Notes: generated by a model not told the origin, from the sequence alone. A stretch of DNA of 64,000 nt from an uncultured Candidatus Saccharibacteria bacterium (GCA_964536745.1 CAZHYL010000004.1:16545-80544), one strand, 5' to 3'; shown: positions 1-8,600, numbered from the stretch's first letter. Numbers and translations are program-made.

Positions 1-158
1 ATAATCTTATATTCGGCCTGATGGGCTTGGTAAACTGAAGTTTGTTTGTCCATAACTGGATGAGACTGGTCGCTATGTCCAGATGCTACACTCGCCTGTG
101 GAACAGTAGACTGCGGATTACTATTATATTTATGAAATTTTTTTCTTCTTTTTCCCAT
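1..158 (-). CDS. Hypothetical protein, 5' portion only (runs off window start). Begins MGKRRKKFHKYNSNPQSTVPQASVASGHSDQ...
   Basis: I translated the minus strand by hand from ATG (plus-strand 'cat' 156-158). The frame is open to the window edge. It is not in the ORF track because no stop lies inside the window. Confidence 0.3.
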   Translation of the reverse strand, partial: MGKRRKKFHKYNSNPQSTVPQASVASGHSDQSHPVMDKQTSVYQAHQAEYKI

Positions 159-241
159 ATTCAACTTATTAGTTATTTATAGTGTAAATTATAGTAGATG
201 AAGCAGAGACTGACAAGCTGACTACTACTAATTTTATAGAG

Positions 242-270
242 TTGAAGAGGTTCTCCAGCGGTGCTAGAAT
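242..270 (+). promoter_or_regulatory. Sigma70-like promoter: TTGAAG, 17 nt spacer, TAGAAT, upstream of the 311 gene
   Basis: Hexamers read directly from the sequence; spacing is 17 nt. Confidence 0.4.
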
Positions 271-310
271 AGTCATACTGAATTAAAATCCCGACAGGGA
301 AATTAGCACA

Positions 311-814
311 ATGAACGAACAAAATTTGCAAATTGTCACAATAATTATTTCGGCGTCTGCATTAATAGTTTCTGTGACCGCACTATTGTTTAGTATGAAA
401 CTAAAGAAATGGAGGAAGCTGTTCGATTCAGAAAATCAACCCGATAATCTCGAAGAGGTCATCACTTCCATTACGACACTGCTAAAGAAGCATGGTCAAG
501 ATCATACAAAACTAGCTGCTGTAGTCGAAAGTATAGAACAAACGTTGCAAACAACTTTTCAGTACTCCAGCGTTGTACGGTTCGATTCACTAAGCAACGA
601 TGGTGGAAATTTAAGTTTCACAGTGGCCTTACTAAACGGCCAACAAACTGGTATGATAATTACCAGCCTTCATGGAAGGGAAAATAACCGAATTTATTGC
701 AAAGCTATTAAAGAAGGTCAAAGCGTTCAACCCTTAAATGAAGAGGAACAACAAGCTTTAATAGAAGCATTAACAGGAACACAAAAACCAAAGCCGAAGA
801 GTTCTAAGAAATAA
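311..814 (+). CDS. DUF4446-family protein with an N-terminal TM helix
   Basis: Single N-terminal hydrophobic helix. The C-terminal stretch RFDSLSNDGGNLSFTVALLNGQQTGMIITSLHGRENNRIYCKAIKEGQSV...EEEQQA matches the DUF4446 pattern as I remember it (RFNAF..G.DLSFS.ALLD..NG.V..S...RE.SR.YAKPI). Confidence 0.55.
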   Translation: MNEQNLQIVTIIISASALIVSVTALLFSMKLKKWRKLFDSENQPDNLEEVITSITTLLKKHGQDHTKLAAVVESIEQTLQTTFQYSSVVRFDSLSNDGGNLSFTVALLNGQQTGMIITSLHGRENNRIYCKAIKEGQSVQPLNEEEQQALIEALTGTQKPKPKSSKK

Positions 815-828
815 TTAATTATACATTT

Positions 829-1215
829 ATGGCACAAGATAATTCCGCAGCCGAAACAGTTGTCGGCCCCTCAGTTAAAATCCAAGGAGATTTAAATTCC
901 GAAGGTAACATCCGTATTGAAGGAAGTGTTACTGGAAAGGTAAACACCACTCAGAGCGTTCACATTGGTGAAGCAGCTGTGATTACAGCAGACATGCATG
1001 CAGGAAATGCAATCGTCGCAGGTCAAGTTCAAGGTAACATTAAAGTAAGTGGTAATTTAATTTTACAAAGCACTGCAAGAGTCAATGGAGACATTGCTTG
1101 CGGTATTCTTCGAGTTGAAGACGGCGCACTTTTTTCTGGAAAATGTAACATGAAAGGTGCCGCAGTAGAAAAGTCTAAGGCTCAAGCCACTAACGAACCA
1201 GAACCAGAAAAGTAA
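829..1215 (+). CDS. Bactofilin-family cytoskeletal protein
   Basis: Repetitive beta-helical motif typical of bactofilin/CcmA (DUF583): G.L.SEGNIRIEGSVTGKV....V.IGE.A.I.ADMHAGNAIVAG.V.GNI...G.L.L. Confidence 0.65.
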   Translation: MAQDNSAAETVVGPSVKIQGDLNSEGNIRIEGSVTGKVNTTQSVHIGEAAVITADMHAGNAIVAGQVQGNIKVSGNLILQSTARVNGDIACGILRVEDGALFSGKCNMKGAAVEKSKAQATNEPEPEK

Positions 1216-1293
1216 AAATTTCAACTAACCCCTTTGGGTTAAGCTTAATCCCGGCCGAGTCCGGGATTAGTCATTTCGCAAGCTCACTAAGCT

Positions 1294-2136
1294 ATGTATT
1301 TTTATATCCTCGACGGAACTAATATTCCTCCAAATGAATTTGAAAAGGCTCAAGTTACCCTGCAGGGACTGCTGGCTCAATTTCGAATATCCGGAGAAAT
1401 GGTTAGGGTTACTTCGATTCGAGGAATCCAAGAATTAGTAGAACTGGCTGGTGAAAGAGGAGTGAAAACTTTGATCGCTTGTGGTACAGATGACACTTTT
1501 AATATTATGCTGGCTTACTTAGCGGGTAGAGATTTTGCTCTGGGGTTTATTCCATTGATTGAGGATACCAGCTTAGGGAAAATTTTAGGTATCGATTCAC
1601 TAGAAACTGCTGTCAAAACTGTGGCGTCCAGACGATTAGAAAAAATGGATTTAGCGGTGATGGGCGATAGCTATTTTATTAGCCAAGTTGAATTTGGGAT
1701 CGCTTCAACAAAAGTAAAAAACATGGGATGGTTTACAAGCATGTCATCGTTAACTAAAGAATATTATAATTTAAAACTTAGGATTGATAACTCATACACC
1801 ATGGACATTACTTGCCTTGGTGGAACAGTAACAAATAGTCGAACTACTTCGAGTTCCAACAGCACTGTTGCAAACCCGACTGATGGATTTTTAGATTTAA
1901 TGATATTAGAGCGTTTAACCAAAATGGATGTTTTAAAATACAAGCCGGATATTGCTGCTGGGGTATTAGAAAACATTCCAGGAACTTCTGTAATTAAATG
2001 TAGACAAGTAGAATTTTTAGAACCTCGTGGTTTCCCATTAAATATTTCTGGGAGAACGTTCTCTAAAGTACCTGCGGTAATCTCTATCATCCCAAGACAA
2101 CTCAAAATGATAGTCGGAAAAACCCGAACATTTTAA
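1294..2136 (+). CDS. Diacylglycerol/lipid kinase catalytic-domain protein (YegS/DAGK-like)
   Basis: N-terminal 'LIACGTDDTFNIMLAYL' corresponds to the GGDGT motif of the DAGK_cat fold. Length about 280 aa. Confidence 0.45.
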   Translation: MYFYILDGTNIPPNEFEKAQVTLQGLLAQFRISGEMVRVTSIRGIQELVELAGERGVKTLIACGTDDTFNIMLAYLAGRDFALGFIPLIEDTSLGKILGIDSLETAVKTVASRRLEKMDLAVMGDSYFISQVEFGIASTKVKNMGWFTSMSSLTKEYYNLKLRIDNSYTMDITCLGGTVTNSRTTSSSNSTVANPTDGFLDLMILERLTKMDVLKYKPDIAAGVLENIPGTSVIKCRQVEFLEPRGFPLNISGRTFSKVPAVISIIPRQLKMIVGKTRTF

Positions 2137-2157
2137 ATAATATGACAAACCAATATA

Positions 2158-2192
2158 AAAGAGAGTACCCAGTGGATACTCTCTTTTTCCTT
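2158..2192. terminator. Bidirectional hairpin terminator (AGAGAGTA..TACTCTCT plus T-run) between convergent genes
   Basis: Inverted repeat followed by a T-run, read from sequence. Confidence 0.5.
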
Positions 2193-2343
2193 TTCGCTCT
2201 TTTGAGCTCATCAGTACAAACACACATTTGTAGAAGGGAGATAGATTAGCAACAATCTATCTAAAGGAGGGAACTGGTTGCTCAGTAAGAAGTGTTTCAG
2301 ATACACCGTGGAAACCCCCAGTTATCTGATTCAGGTGTACAGC

Positions 2344-2919
2344 TTAGAAGCTGTACTTAAGTGCGAGCATGGTGCTCGTACTTTTGCCGAAGTTAACTTC
2401 GGCACCTGCGGTGAAGTTTTTGTTGAGTTTGACCTCAAGGCGAGGGCCAGTCCCACGAAACTTCTGAGTTGCCAGAGCAAGCGTTATACGCTTGGTGACA
2501 TCTACTGAAGTTTGGTTTCTGTACCACTTACCACCTTTTTCGATGAGGAACAAGTTCTGAACGAACCTGCCCTTAACCGATCGGCCTGCCCACACAAATG
2601 CTCCGAGCTGAAGTCTGCTGCTGCCAGTCTGGACACCAACTGCACCACCGACCTGTAACCAGGACTTAGGTGAGTAGGTAGGTCCACAGTATACCTGGTT
2701 AAAGGATTTACTGTTCTGGATCCAACAATACAAACCAGCTTTGGATTTGCCACCGTAGGTCAAGTACGTCTTGACCATTGGGTTAACATTTCCAGAAGCA
2801 CTAACTTCACTTTCGAACTCCACGTAGCCGTGGAGCTGATTCTTGGGCGTCTCTGTCTGACCAAAGGTCATAACAGTAAAACCAAGAACCAAAGCGACTA
2901 ACAATTTAACGTTTTTCAT
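2344..2919 (-). CDS. Secreted beta-barrel (outer-membrane-protein-like) protein of 191 aa, lying in a GC-rich patch
   Basis: Signal peptide MKNVKLLVALVLGFTVMTFGQ. The C-terminus LALKYSF has alternating hydrophobics and a terminal Phe, the classical OMP beta-signal. Local GC is clearly above the surroundings. RBS GGAGGA lies before the ATG. Confidence 0.55.
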   Translation of the reverse strand: MKNVKLLVALVLGFTVMTFGQTETPKNQLHGYVEFESEVSASGNVNPMVKTYLTYGGKSKAGLYCWIQNSKSFNQVYCGPTYSPKSWLQVGGAVGVQTGSSRLQLGAFVWAGRSVKGRFVQNLFLIEKGGKWYRNQTSVDVTKRITLALATQKFRGTGPRLEVKLNKNFTAGAEVNFGKSTSTMLALKYSF

Positions 2920-3112
2920 GTATCCTCCACGGCTACAAATTCTGTTGCCTTCTGAAAAGTAAATCTTAATCTCTCAGTAAGGTGACTATCTGTAGATCAC
3001 AAATGTATTTTGAAAGAACAGTATAACAGAAAATTAGCTCTTTGTCAATACTTCTTCAACGAACAGCTGTTTAAATTGTCAATTTTAATTACAAATAAGC
3101 AAGATAATCTTG

Positions 3113-3141
3113 TTGACATTTTTTCAACAAATTGCTATTAT
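3113..3141 (+). promoter_or_regulatory. Promoter TTGACA, 17 nt spacer, TATTAT. The -10 ends 6 nt before the ATG at 3148, so the transcript is likely leaderless.
   Basis: Consensus hexamers and spacing read from sequence. Confidence 0.5.
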
Positions 3142-3147
3142 ATAGCT

Positions 3148-3915
3148 ATGATATCTGATTTATTAATGAAATTTGGCCTAAGCGATAAGGAAATTGCTGT
3201 GTATACAACCTTAGTGCAAAGAGGGAAAGGCAAAGCTACGGAGTTGTCTAGAATAACCAATATCAACAGAACAACCATATATAGCGTATGCAAAGAGCTC
3301 ATAGATAAAGGGTTTATTTCGGAAGACCCAAGTACAACTCCCAGCACCTATGTACCTTTGCCACCACAAGACCTTAAAACCCTAATTGCTAGAGAAGAAC
3401 TGCATTTGCAGCACAGGCGCAATATTGTTGACCAGTTAATTCCTGAATTATTCACCATTTCTAAAAATACAGTCTATTCACCTCCAAAAATTCAGTTTAA
3501 ATCGGAGGAAGACTTCGAAGAGTATCTATACCAACAGACTCCTATTTGGACTGAAAGTATTATGAAAACTGACGGAATCTGGTGGGGATTCCAAGACGCC
3601 AGCTTTGTAGCTCACTACGACAAGTACATAGACTGGCACTGGCAGCAACCAAATACTGCCAAAATGGGATTAAAAATTATTACGACCGGGCTTGATGTAG
3701 AAAAAAGGGTGAACGCTAAAGAGCGATGGCCGGCCAGAAGAGAAATTAAAATTTGGCCGAAGGCCATAGACTTTACAGCTACCACTTGGGTTTTGGGAGA
3801 CTACACAGTAATGGCCTTTACAGATAGCAAACCTCACTATATGGTTGAAATTTACGACAAAGCAATTGCCCAAAATCACAGAACCCTATTCCAGGGTATT
3901 TGGGAAACTATTTAA
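3148..3915 (+). CDS. TrmB-family HTH transcriptional regulator
   Basis: N-terminal wHTH 'LSDKEIAVYTTLVQRGKGKATELSRITNINRTTIYSVCKELIDKGFI' typical of TrmB. I moved the start to ATG 3148, beside the promoter; the ORF track starts upstream at 3010. Confidence 0.55.
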   Translation: MISDLLMKFGLSDKEIAVYTTLVQRGKGKATELSRITNINRTTIYSVCKELIDKGFISEDPSTTPSTYVPLPPQDLKTLIAREELHLQHRRNIVDQLIPELFTISKNTVYSPPKIQFKSEEDFEEYLYQQTPIWTESIMKTDGIWWGFQDASFVAHYDKYIDWHWQQPNTAKMGLKIITTGLDVEKRVNAKERWPARREIKIWPKAIDFTATTWVLGDYTVMAFTDSKPHYMVEIYDKAIAQNHRTLFQGIWETI

Positions 3916-3961
3916 TAGCCGCCTTGATTTTTTTACTAAAATACAGTATAGTTAATCAGTT

Positions 3962-5902
3962 ATGAATTTATCTTCTTTATCTCACGAATTAAATATGTCT
4001 ATCCAAGAACTTCGCAGTAAAGCTGCCGCAGCTGGTTTTCGTATTTCTCCTCGTGCAAATAAAATTGATAATCACCTCGCGAAACAAATTTCCGAAGCGC
4101 TTAGCGAAAAACCAAAAGAAGTAGCTCCTAAAAATACTGAACCAAAACACATCGAGCTACCTGCATTTATTAAAGTCCGCGATTTTGCAGAACTGCTTGG
4201 CTTACCAATCACCGATGTAATCAAAACCCTTATTCAAAATGGAGTTATGGCAACTATTAATGAAGAGATAGACTTCGATACCGCTAGTATTATTGCAACC
4301 GACTTAGGCTTTGAAGTTAATAGCCAACAAACCAGTGAAGTAAAAGAATTTGGAACTGGATTTTTACATGAACAGCTTTCTGCTGAAAGCGATACTGATT
4401 TAAAAACTCGTCCTCCAATTGTTGCAGTCATGGGTCACGTAGACCACGGGAAGACAACTTTATTAGATGCTATTAGAGAAACAGATGTCGTAGCAGGAGA
4501 AAGTGGTGGCATTACTCAGCACATCGGAGCTTATAAAGTTACCAAAGACGGTAAACAGATTACTTTTTTAGATACACCTGGTCACGAAGCATTCGTGGAA
4601 ATGAGAGCGCGAGGTGCTAATGTTACCGATTTAATTATTTTAGTAGTTGCAGCAGATGATAGTGTACGTCCTCAAACAATTGAGGTCATTAATCGTGCCA
4701 AATTTACCAACACACCAATCATTGTTGCCATCAACAAAGTTGATAAAGAAAATGCGAACGTTACTAAAGTAAAACAAGAGTTAGCAGAACATGGAATCTT
4801 AACAGAAGATTGGGGAGGTAAAACAATTGCTGTAGAAATTTCTGCGAAGCAAAAAATTGGAATTGATAAACTTTTGGAAATGGTTTTGCTTCAAGCTGAA
4901 ATTGAAAATTATACAGCTAACCCAAATGGAAAATTACTTGGCACAGTGATCGAATCTCATATGTCTCAAGGACAAGGTGCAGTCGCCACTGTGATTATTC
5001 AAAATGGTACCTTGAGGGTTGGCGACATTATGGTTGCAGGTATTGGATATGGAAGAGTGAAATCAATGGAAGACGAACATGGCAAGAAACTTAAGACAGC
5101 TGGACCATCTACCCCAGTGGTAATTTCTGGTTTTTCGGAATTGCCAGAAGCAGGCGACATTTTACAAACAACAGAAACCTTAGACGAAGCGAGAACAATT
5201 GGCGTCACAGCTCAAAAGCTAAAGCACAGCCGAAGGTTAAGTGTTCGTTCTAAAATTCAAGGAAATACCGAAGATAAATCTTTAAACTTAATCCTAAAAG
5301 CAGACGTTGCAGGCTCCTTAGAGGCTATCCAGCAATCTTTCAGTAAACTTAAAAACGACGAAGTAACTCTTAATGTTATTAGTGAAGGAATTGGGGAAGT
5401 GAATGAAAATGACGTAATGCTTGCAGACAGCAGTAAAGCTACTATTATTGCGTTTAGAGTTAAGACTAACCCAAAAGCAATTAATCTTGCTAAGCAGAAA
5501 AAAGTAAGCGTAGATAGTTACGATGTTATTTACGAACTCTTGGAAAATATTACTAGTGCGGTTGTAGAAATGTTTACTCCAGAAATGGAAAAACTTGTTT
5601 TTGGTCGCGGTGAAATATTAGGTATCTTCCGAACAGAAAAATCTCAGATGATTGTGGGCGGTAAAGTTATCGAAGGCGAACTTCGTAAGAACAAACAAAT
5701 TGCTGTTGTAAAAAAGAACGATGAAGGAATTTGGGAAGAAGTTGCTAGAGGGGAAGTCTTAGAACTACAACAAAATAAAATTGACACCAAAGAAGTTTCA
5801 AAAGGGAATGAATTTGGAATGAAGATAAAATCAAACTACAAACTACAGGTAGGCGATACCATTGAAAGCTTTGAAGAAAGCTTGAAACAAAAAAGTTTAT
5901 AA
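3962..5902 (+). CDS. infB: Translation initiation factor IF-2
   Basis: G-domain motifs VAVMGHVDHGKTTLLD, DTPGHEAF and NKVD; C-terminal beta-barrel domains; 646 aa. Confidence 0.95.
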   Translation: MNLSSLSHELNMSIQELRSKAAAAGFRISPRANKIDNHLAKQISEALSEKPKEVAPKNTEPKHIELPAFIKVRDFAELLGLPITDVIKTLIQNGVMATINEEIDFDTASIIATDLGFEVNSQQTSEVKEFGTGFLHEQLSAESDTDLKTRPPIVAVMGHVDHGKTTLLDAIRETDVVAGESGGITQHIGAYKVTKDGKQITFLDTPGHEAFVEMRARGANVTDLIILVVAADDSVRPQTIEVINRAKFTNTPIIVAINKVDKENANVTKVKQELAEHGILTEDWGGKTIAVEISAKQKIGIDKLLEMVLLQAEIENYTANPNGKLLGTVIESHMSQGQGAVATVIIQNGTLRVGDIMVAGIGYGRVKSMEDEHGKKLKTAGPSTPVVISGFSELPEAGDILQTTETLDEARTIGVTAQKLKHSRRLSVRSKIQGNTEDKSLNLILKADVAGSLEAIQQSFSKLKNDEVTLNVISEGIGEVNENDVMLADSSKATIIAFRVKTNPKAINLAKQKKVSVDSYDVIYELLENITSAVVEMFTPEMEKLVFGRGEILGIFRTEKSQMIVGGKVIEGELRKNKQIAVVKKNDEGIWEEVARGEVLELQQNKIDTKEVSKGNEFGMKIKSNYKLQVGDTIESFEESLKQKSL

Positions 5903-5930
5903 AACAAGACCAGCTGGTCTTGTTTTTTTT
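5903..5930 (+). terminator. Rho-independent terminator (AACAAGACCAGCTGGTCTTGTT plus T8), copy 1
   Basis: Perfect palindrome plus T-run directly after the infB stop. The same 26-nt core recurs at 6427. Confidence 0.7.
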
Positions 5931-5955
5931 ACTCTGACCTAACGAGGTCATTATT

Positions 5956-5984
5956 TTGACTTTGGTTATTCCGTAAGGTAAAAT
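5956..5984 (+). promoter_or_regulatory. Promoter TTGACT, 17 nt spacer, TAAAAT, upstream of receiver gene 1
   Basis: Hexamers and spacing read from sequence. Confidence 0.4.
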
Positions 5985-6011
5985 TGAGAACTACTATGAT
6001 ACGGAGGAGTG

Positions 6012-6374
6012 ATGAGAAAAGAAAGAAGATTATTAATCGCTGACGATAACGGCCGTCTTTGGAGATGGTTATACGAAAAACTAAAAGGTAAATATCTAAT
6101 CAACATCGTACCAAGAGCACAGGCAGTAATTCATGGTCAAGTCCAAAAATACGACTTAATAATCCTAGATGATCCAAAACCGAATCCCAAAAACCATGAT
6201 CTGATCGGTGACATTAGGAAAATTAGAGAAAAAAGACCGGAACAAAAAATTGCGGTTTTTCCGGGACCTACTTTAAGTTTTGAGGCAGGTCGAACGCTTA
6301 AGGTTCAAGTCATGACTGTTGAAGAATTCGATCTATCAGGTATTGAAAGCCTACTAGATAAACAGTTTAGATAA
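6012..6374 (+). CDS. Stand-alone response-regulator receiver (CheY-like) domain protein
   Basis: LLIADDNGRL (acidic pocket), LIILDD (phospho-acceptor Asp) and a conserved Lys in KIAVFPG. No output domain. The ORF track starts at GTG 6009 and I used ATG 6012. The GGAGG sits only 4 nt before ATG 6012, which is short spacing, so the exact start is uncertain. Confidence 0.55.
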   Translation: MRKERRLLIADDNGRLWRWLYEKLKGKYLINIVPRAQAVIHGQVQKYDLIILDDPKPNPKNHDLIGDIRKIREKRPEQKIAVFPGPTLSFEAGRTLKVQVMTVEEFDLSGIESLLDKQFR

Positions 6375-6426
6375 AAGATCTGACCCAGTCTACACATTAA
6401 TATTTGGGGGCGAACCAATTCTTATA

Positions 6427-6452
6427 ACAAGACCAGCTGGTCTTGTTTTTTT
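6427..6452 (+). terminator. Rho-independent terminator, copy 2 (same core as 5903)
   Basis: AACAAGACCAGCTGGTCTTGTT plus T7, core identical to copy 1. Confidence 0.7.
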
Positions 6453-6507
6453 AACCACGAGATGTTAAACTTGTTTGTTCTGCTCATAAAAACCAATCGG
6501 AGGTCGC

Positions 6508-6849
6508 ATGTATAAAGTACTAATCATAGACGACTATGAAGGATTGCTCACTAGCCTACAGCTAATGCTTAGTGACGCAGGGTACGAAACTCATACCGCT
6601 AAAGACCATTTTGAGGCAAACCAGCTTTGTTCAGAAAATGAATACTCGCTGATTATCTGCGATAACCAGATGGGCGACGAGGTCAGGCACTGGGGAATAA
6701 ACCTTATACCAAGGCTGAAAAGACGTCAACCAGGGGCGAAAACAATCCTTATGTCTGCCGATGAAATTACTGAACACCCAGCAGATCACTTTATTCAAAA
6801 AAGCTATATCGGTAGTGATCTGATTCCGCTGGTAAAATCGTTACTTTAG
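6508..6849 (+). CDS. Stand-alone response-regulator receiver domain protein
   Basis: MYKVLIIDDYEGLL...SLIICDNQMGD...KTILMSAD has a canonical CheY-like layout at 113 aa. RBS GGAGG lies 6 nt upstream. Confidence 0.65.
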   Translation: MYKVLIIDDYEGLLTSLQLMLSDAGYETHTAKDHFEANQLCSENEYSLIICDNQMGDEVRHWGINLIPRLKRRQPGAKTILMSADEITEHPADHFIQKSYIGSDLIPLVKSLL

Positions 6850-6934
6850 GACAAAAGTCTTGAGCTTCCGCTCAGGCTTTTTTATTTAACCCTTGATATA
6901 ATAAGAATGGTTTGATATAGTAAAACTTAATTTT

Positions 6935-7300
6935 ATGAAACAAAGCAAAGCTAAATCTTCAAATCGAATCGAAAAACTCAACTCACTAATTCAGAAAGAG
7001 GTTGGGGAAATTTTGCTTGGCTATTTGAAATACGGTGAAGGCTTAGCCACAATCAGTAAAGTCGAGGTAAGCGGTGATGCGCGCTGGGCAAAAGTCTGGG
7101 TTTCTATAGTCGGCGGAGACGACGATAAGATAATGGAAATCATTAAAAAAAATATCTACGACATCCAAGGTGAACTAAATCGAAAGATAGATTTAAAGCT
7201 TATTCCAAGACTACAGTTCTTCCTCGACACATCTCCTAGATACGCACAACATATAAATGAGCTTATTAAGAAAGTACACGAAGAAGACGAAGATTTATGA
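6935..7300 (+). CDS. rbfA: Ribosome-binding factor A
   Basis: RIEKLNSLIQKEVGEILL...ISKVEVSGDARWAKVWVS matches the RbfA family. It sits downstream of infB as in many bacteria. Confidence 0.8.
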   Translation: MKQSKAKSSNRIEKLNSLIQKEVGEILLGYLKYGEGLATISKVEVSGDARWAKVWVSIVGGDDDKIMEIIKKNIYDIQGELNRKIDLKLIPRLQFFLDTSPRYAQHINELIKKVHEEDEDL

Positions 7301-8250
7301 CAGAATTTCTGCAAGCCAAAAATTTAATTGAAGGTTCAAAAAATATTTTACTTACTACGCACGAAAGAACCGACGGTGATGACCTTGGTTCAGTTTTGTC
7401 TTTGGCAATTTATTTAAGATCAGCTGAAAAACAAGTAACGCTGTGTATCACTGGTGGAGTACCAGAGCGATTACAATACCTGCCTTATTCTGAAAATGTA
7501 ATTGAACAGCTCCCAGAAAAAAATTACGACTTATTAATAGTTTCTGGATGTAGTAGTTTAGACAGGGTAAGGAATCATCGAATCGAGCAACTAAATATCC
7601 CGATAATAAACTTCGATCATCATCCGGATAACAAACAATTTGCCACTGTTAATGTTGTTGATGCAAAAAAATCTGCAGTTGCAGAATTAGTTTATGATTT
7701 TTTCAACTACTGCCAATGGGAAATTGAAAAAGATGTCGCTCTATGTTTACTAACTGGAATAATTACCGACACAGGAATGCTAATGCATAGCAACACTAGT
7801 TCTAGCACACTTGCCGCAGCTGGTGAACTAATGAAACACGGTGCACATATTAGCGAGGTGGCAAAAAATACTTTTGCTACCCATGATACCAACAAATTAA
7901 AAGCGTGGGGAAAAGCATTAGAAAATTCTTTCTTTAATGCTGAGACAAAAGTCATCTACTCTGTGATAACCGAAAAAGAAATACAAGAACTAGGCAATCC
8001 AGAACTTGCCAGCTTCGAAGGTTTGGTAGAAACTCTAAATAAAGTACCGGAAGCAAGGTTTGCAATGTTTTTAAAGGAAGACGGAGCAAGGATAAAAGGG
8101 AGCTTGCGCAGTGACCCACATAAAGGCATCGATGTCCAAAAAATTGCCCAAGATTTAGGTGGTGGAGGGCACAAATGGGCTGCAGGTTTTTCAATGGTAG
8201 GAAAACTGGTAAAAACCGATGCGGGGCGGTGGAAAATTGCCGAAAATTAG
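7297..8250 (+). CDS. nrnA: DHH/DHHA1 phosphoesterase (NrnA-like nanoRNase/pAp phosphatase)
   Basis: TTHERTDGDDLGS (motif I), NFDHHPDN (DHH) and GGGHKWAAGF (DHHA1). The ATGA overlaps the rbfA stop. Confidence 0.75.
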   Translation: MTEFLQAKNLIEGSKNILLTTHERTDGDDLGSVLSLAIYLRSAEKQVTLCITGGVPERLQYLPYSENVIEQLPEKNYDLLIVSGCSSLDRVRNHRIEQLNIPIINFDHHPDNKQFATVNVVDAKKSAVAELVYDFFNYCQWEIEKDVALCLLTGIITDTGMLMHSNTSSSTLAAAGELMKHGAHISEVAKNTFATHDTNKLKAWGKALENSFFNAETKVIYSVITEKEIQELGNPELASFEGLVETLNKVPEARFAMFLKEDGARIKGSLRSDPHKGIDVQKIAQDLGGGGHKWAAGFSMVGKLVKTDAGRWKIAEN

Positions 8251-8324
8251 GGATCTTAGCTCTGGATTTTTTTATGAAGTTATACTATAATAACTAAGAT
8301 TTTTATTGAACAAAAGATTTATTG

Positions 8325-8411
8325 GCCCAGGTGGTGGAACTGGTAGACACGCAGCCTTGAGGTGGCTGTGGGAGAAATCCCGTGGAGGTTCGAGTCCTCT
8401 CTTGGGCACCA
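8325..8411 (+). tRNA. tRNA-Leu (anticodon GAG)
   Basis: Hand-folded cloverleaf: acceptor GCCCAGG/CTTGGGC, anticodon stem CAGCC/GGCTG with loop TTGAGGT, long variable arm, T-loop GGTTCGAGTCC, CCA encoded. Confidence 0.85.
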
Positions 8412-8432
8412 TGGGTTCAATAAAACACGTTA

Positions 8433-8507
8433 GCCCTGGTAGCTCAGTGGTAGAGCAGACGCCTGAAGAGCGTCGTGTCGTCAGTTCAATTCTGACCCGG
8501 GGCACCA
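8433..8507 (+). tRNA. tRNA-Phe (anticodon GAA)
   Basis: Anticodon arm GACGC-CTGAAGA-GCGTC; T-arm GTCAG-TTCAATT-CTGAC; CCA encoded. Confidence 0.85.
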
Positions 8508-8521
8508 CAAAAATTTCATAA

Positions 8522-8598
8522 GGGCGATTAGCTCAGTTGGTTAGAGCGTCTCGTTTACACCGAGAAGGCCAAAGGTTCGAATCCTTTATCGCCCACCA
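8522..8598 (+). tRNA. tRNA-Val (anticodon TAC)
   Basis: Anticodon arm TCTCG-TTTACAC-CGAGA; T-arm AAAGG-TTCGAAT-CCTTT; CCA encoded. Confidence 0.85.
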
Positions 8599-8600
8599 TT

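Noticed and set aside
2278-2753. ORFs 2278..2508(+) and 2502..2753(-)
   Set aside because: These alternative frames lie inside the GC-rich OMP-like gene. The 191-aa frame, with signal peptide, beta-signal and RBS, is the coherent one.
8272-8521. ORFs 8272..8508(-) and 8306..8521(+)
   Set aside because: They lie entirely over the tRNA-Leu/Phe/Val genes. Their GC-rich open frames are artefacts of tRNA sequence.
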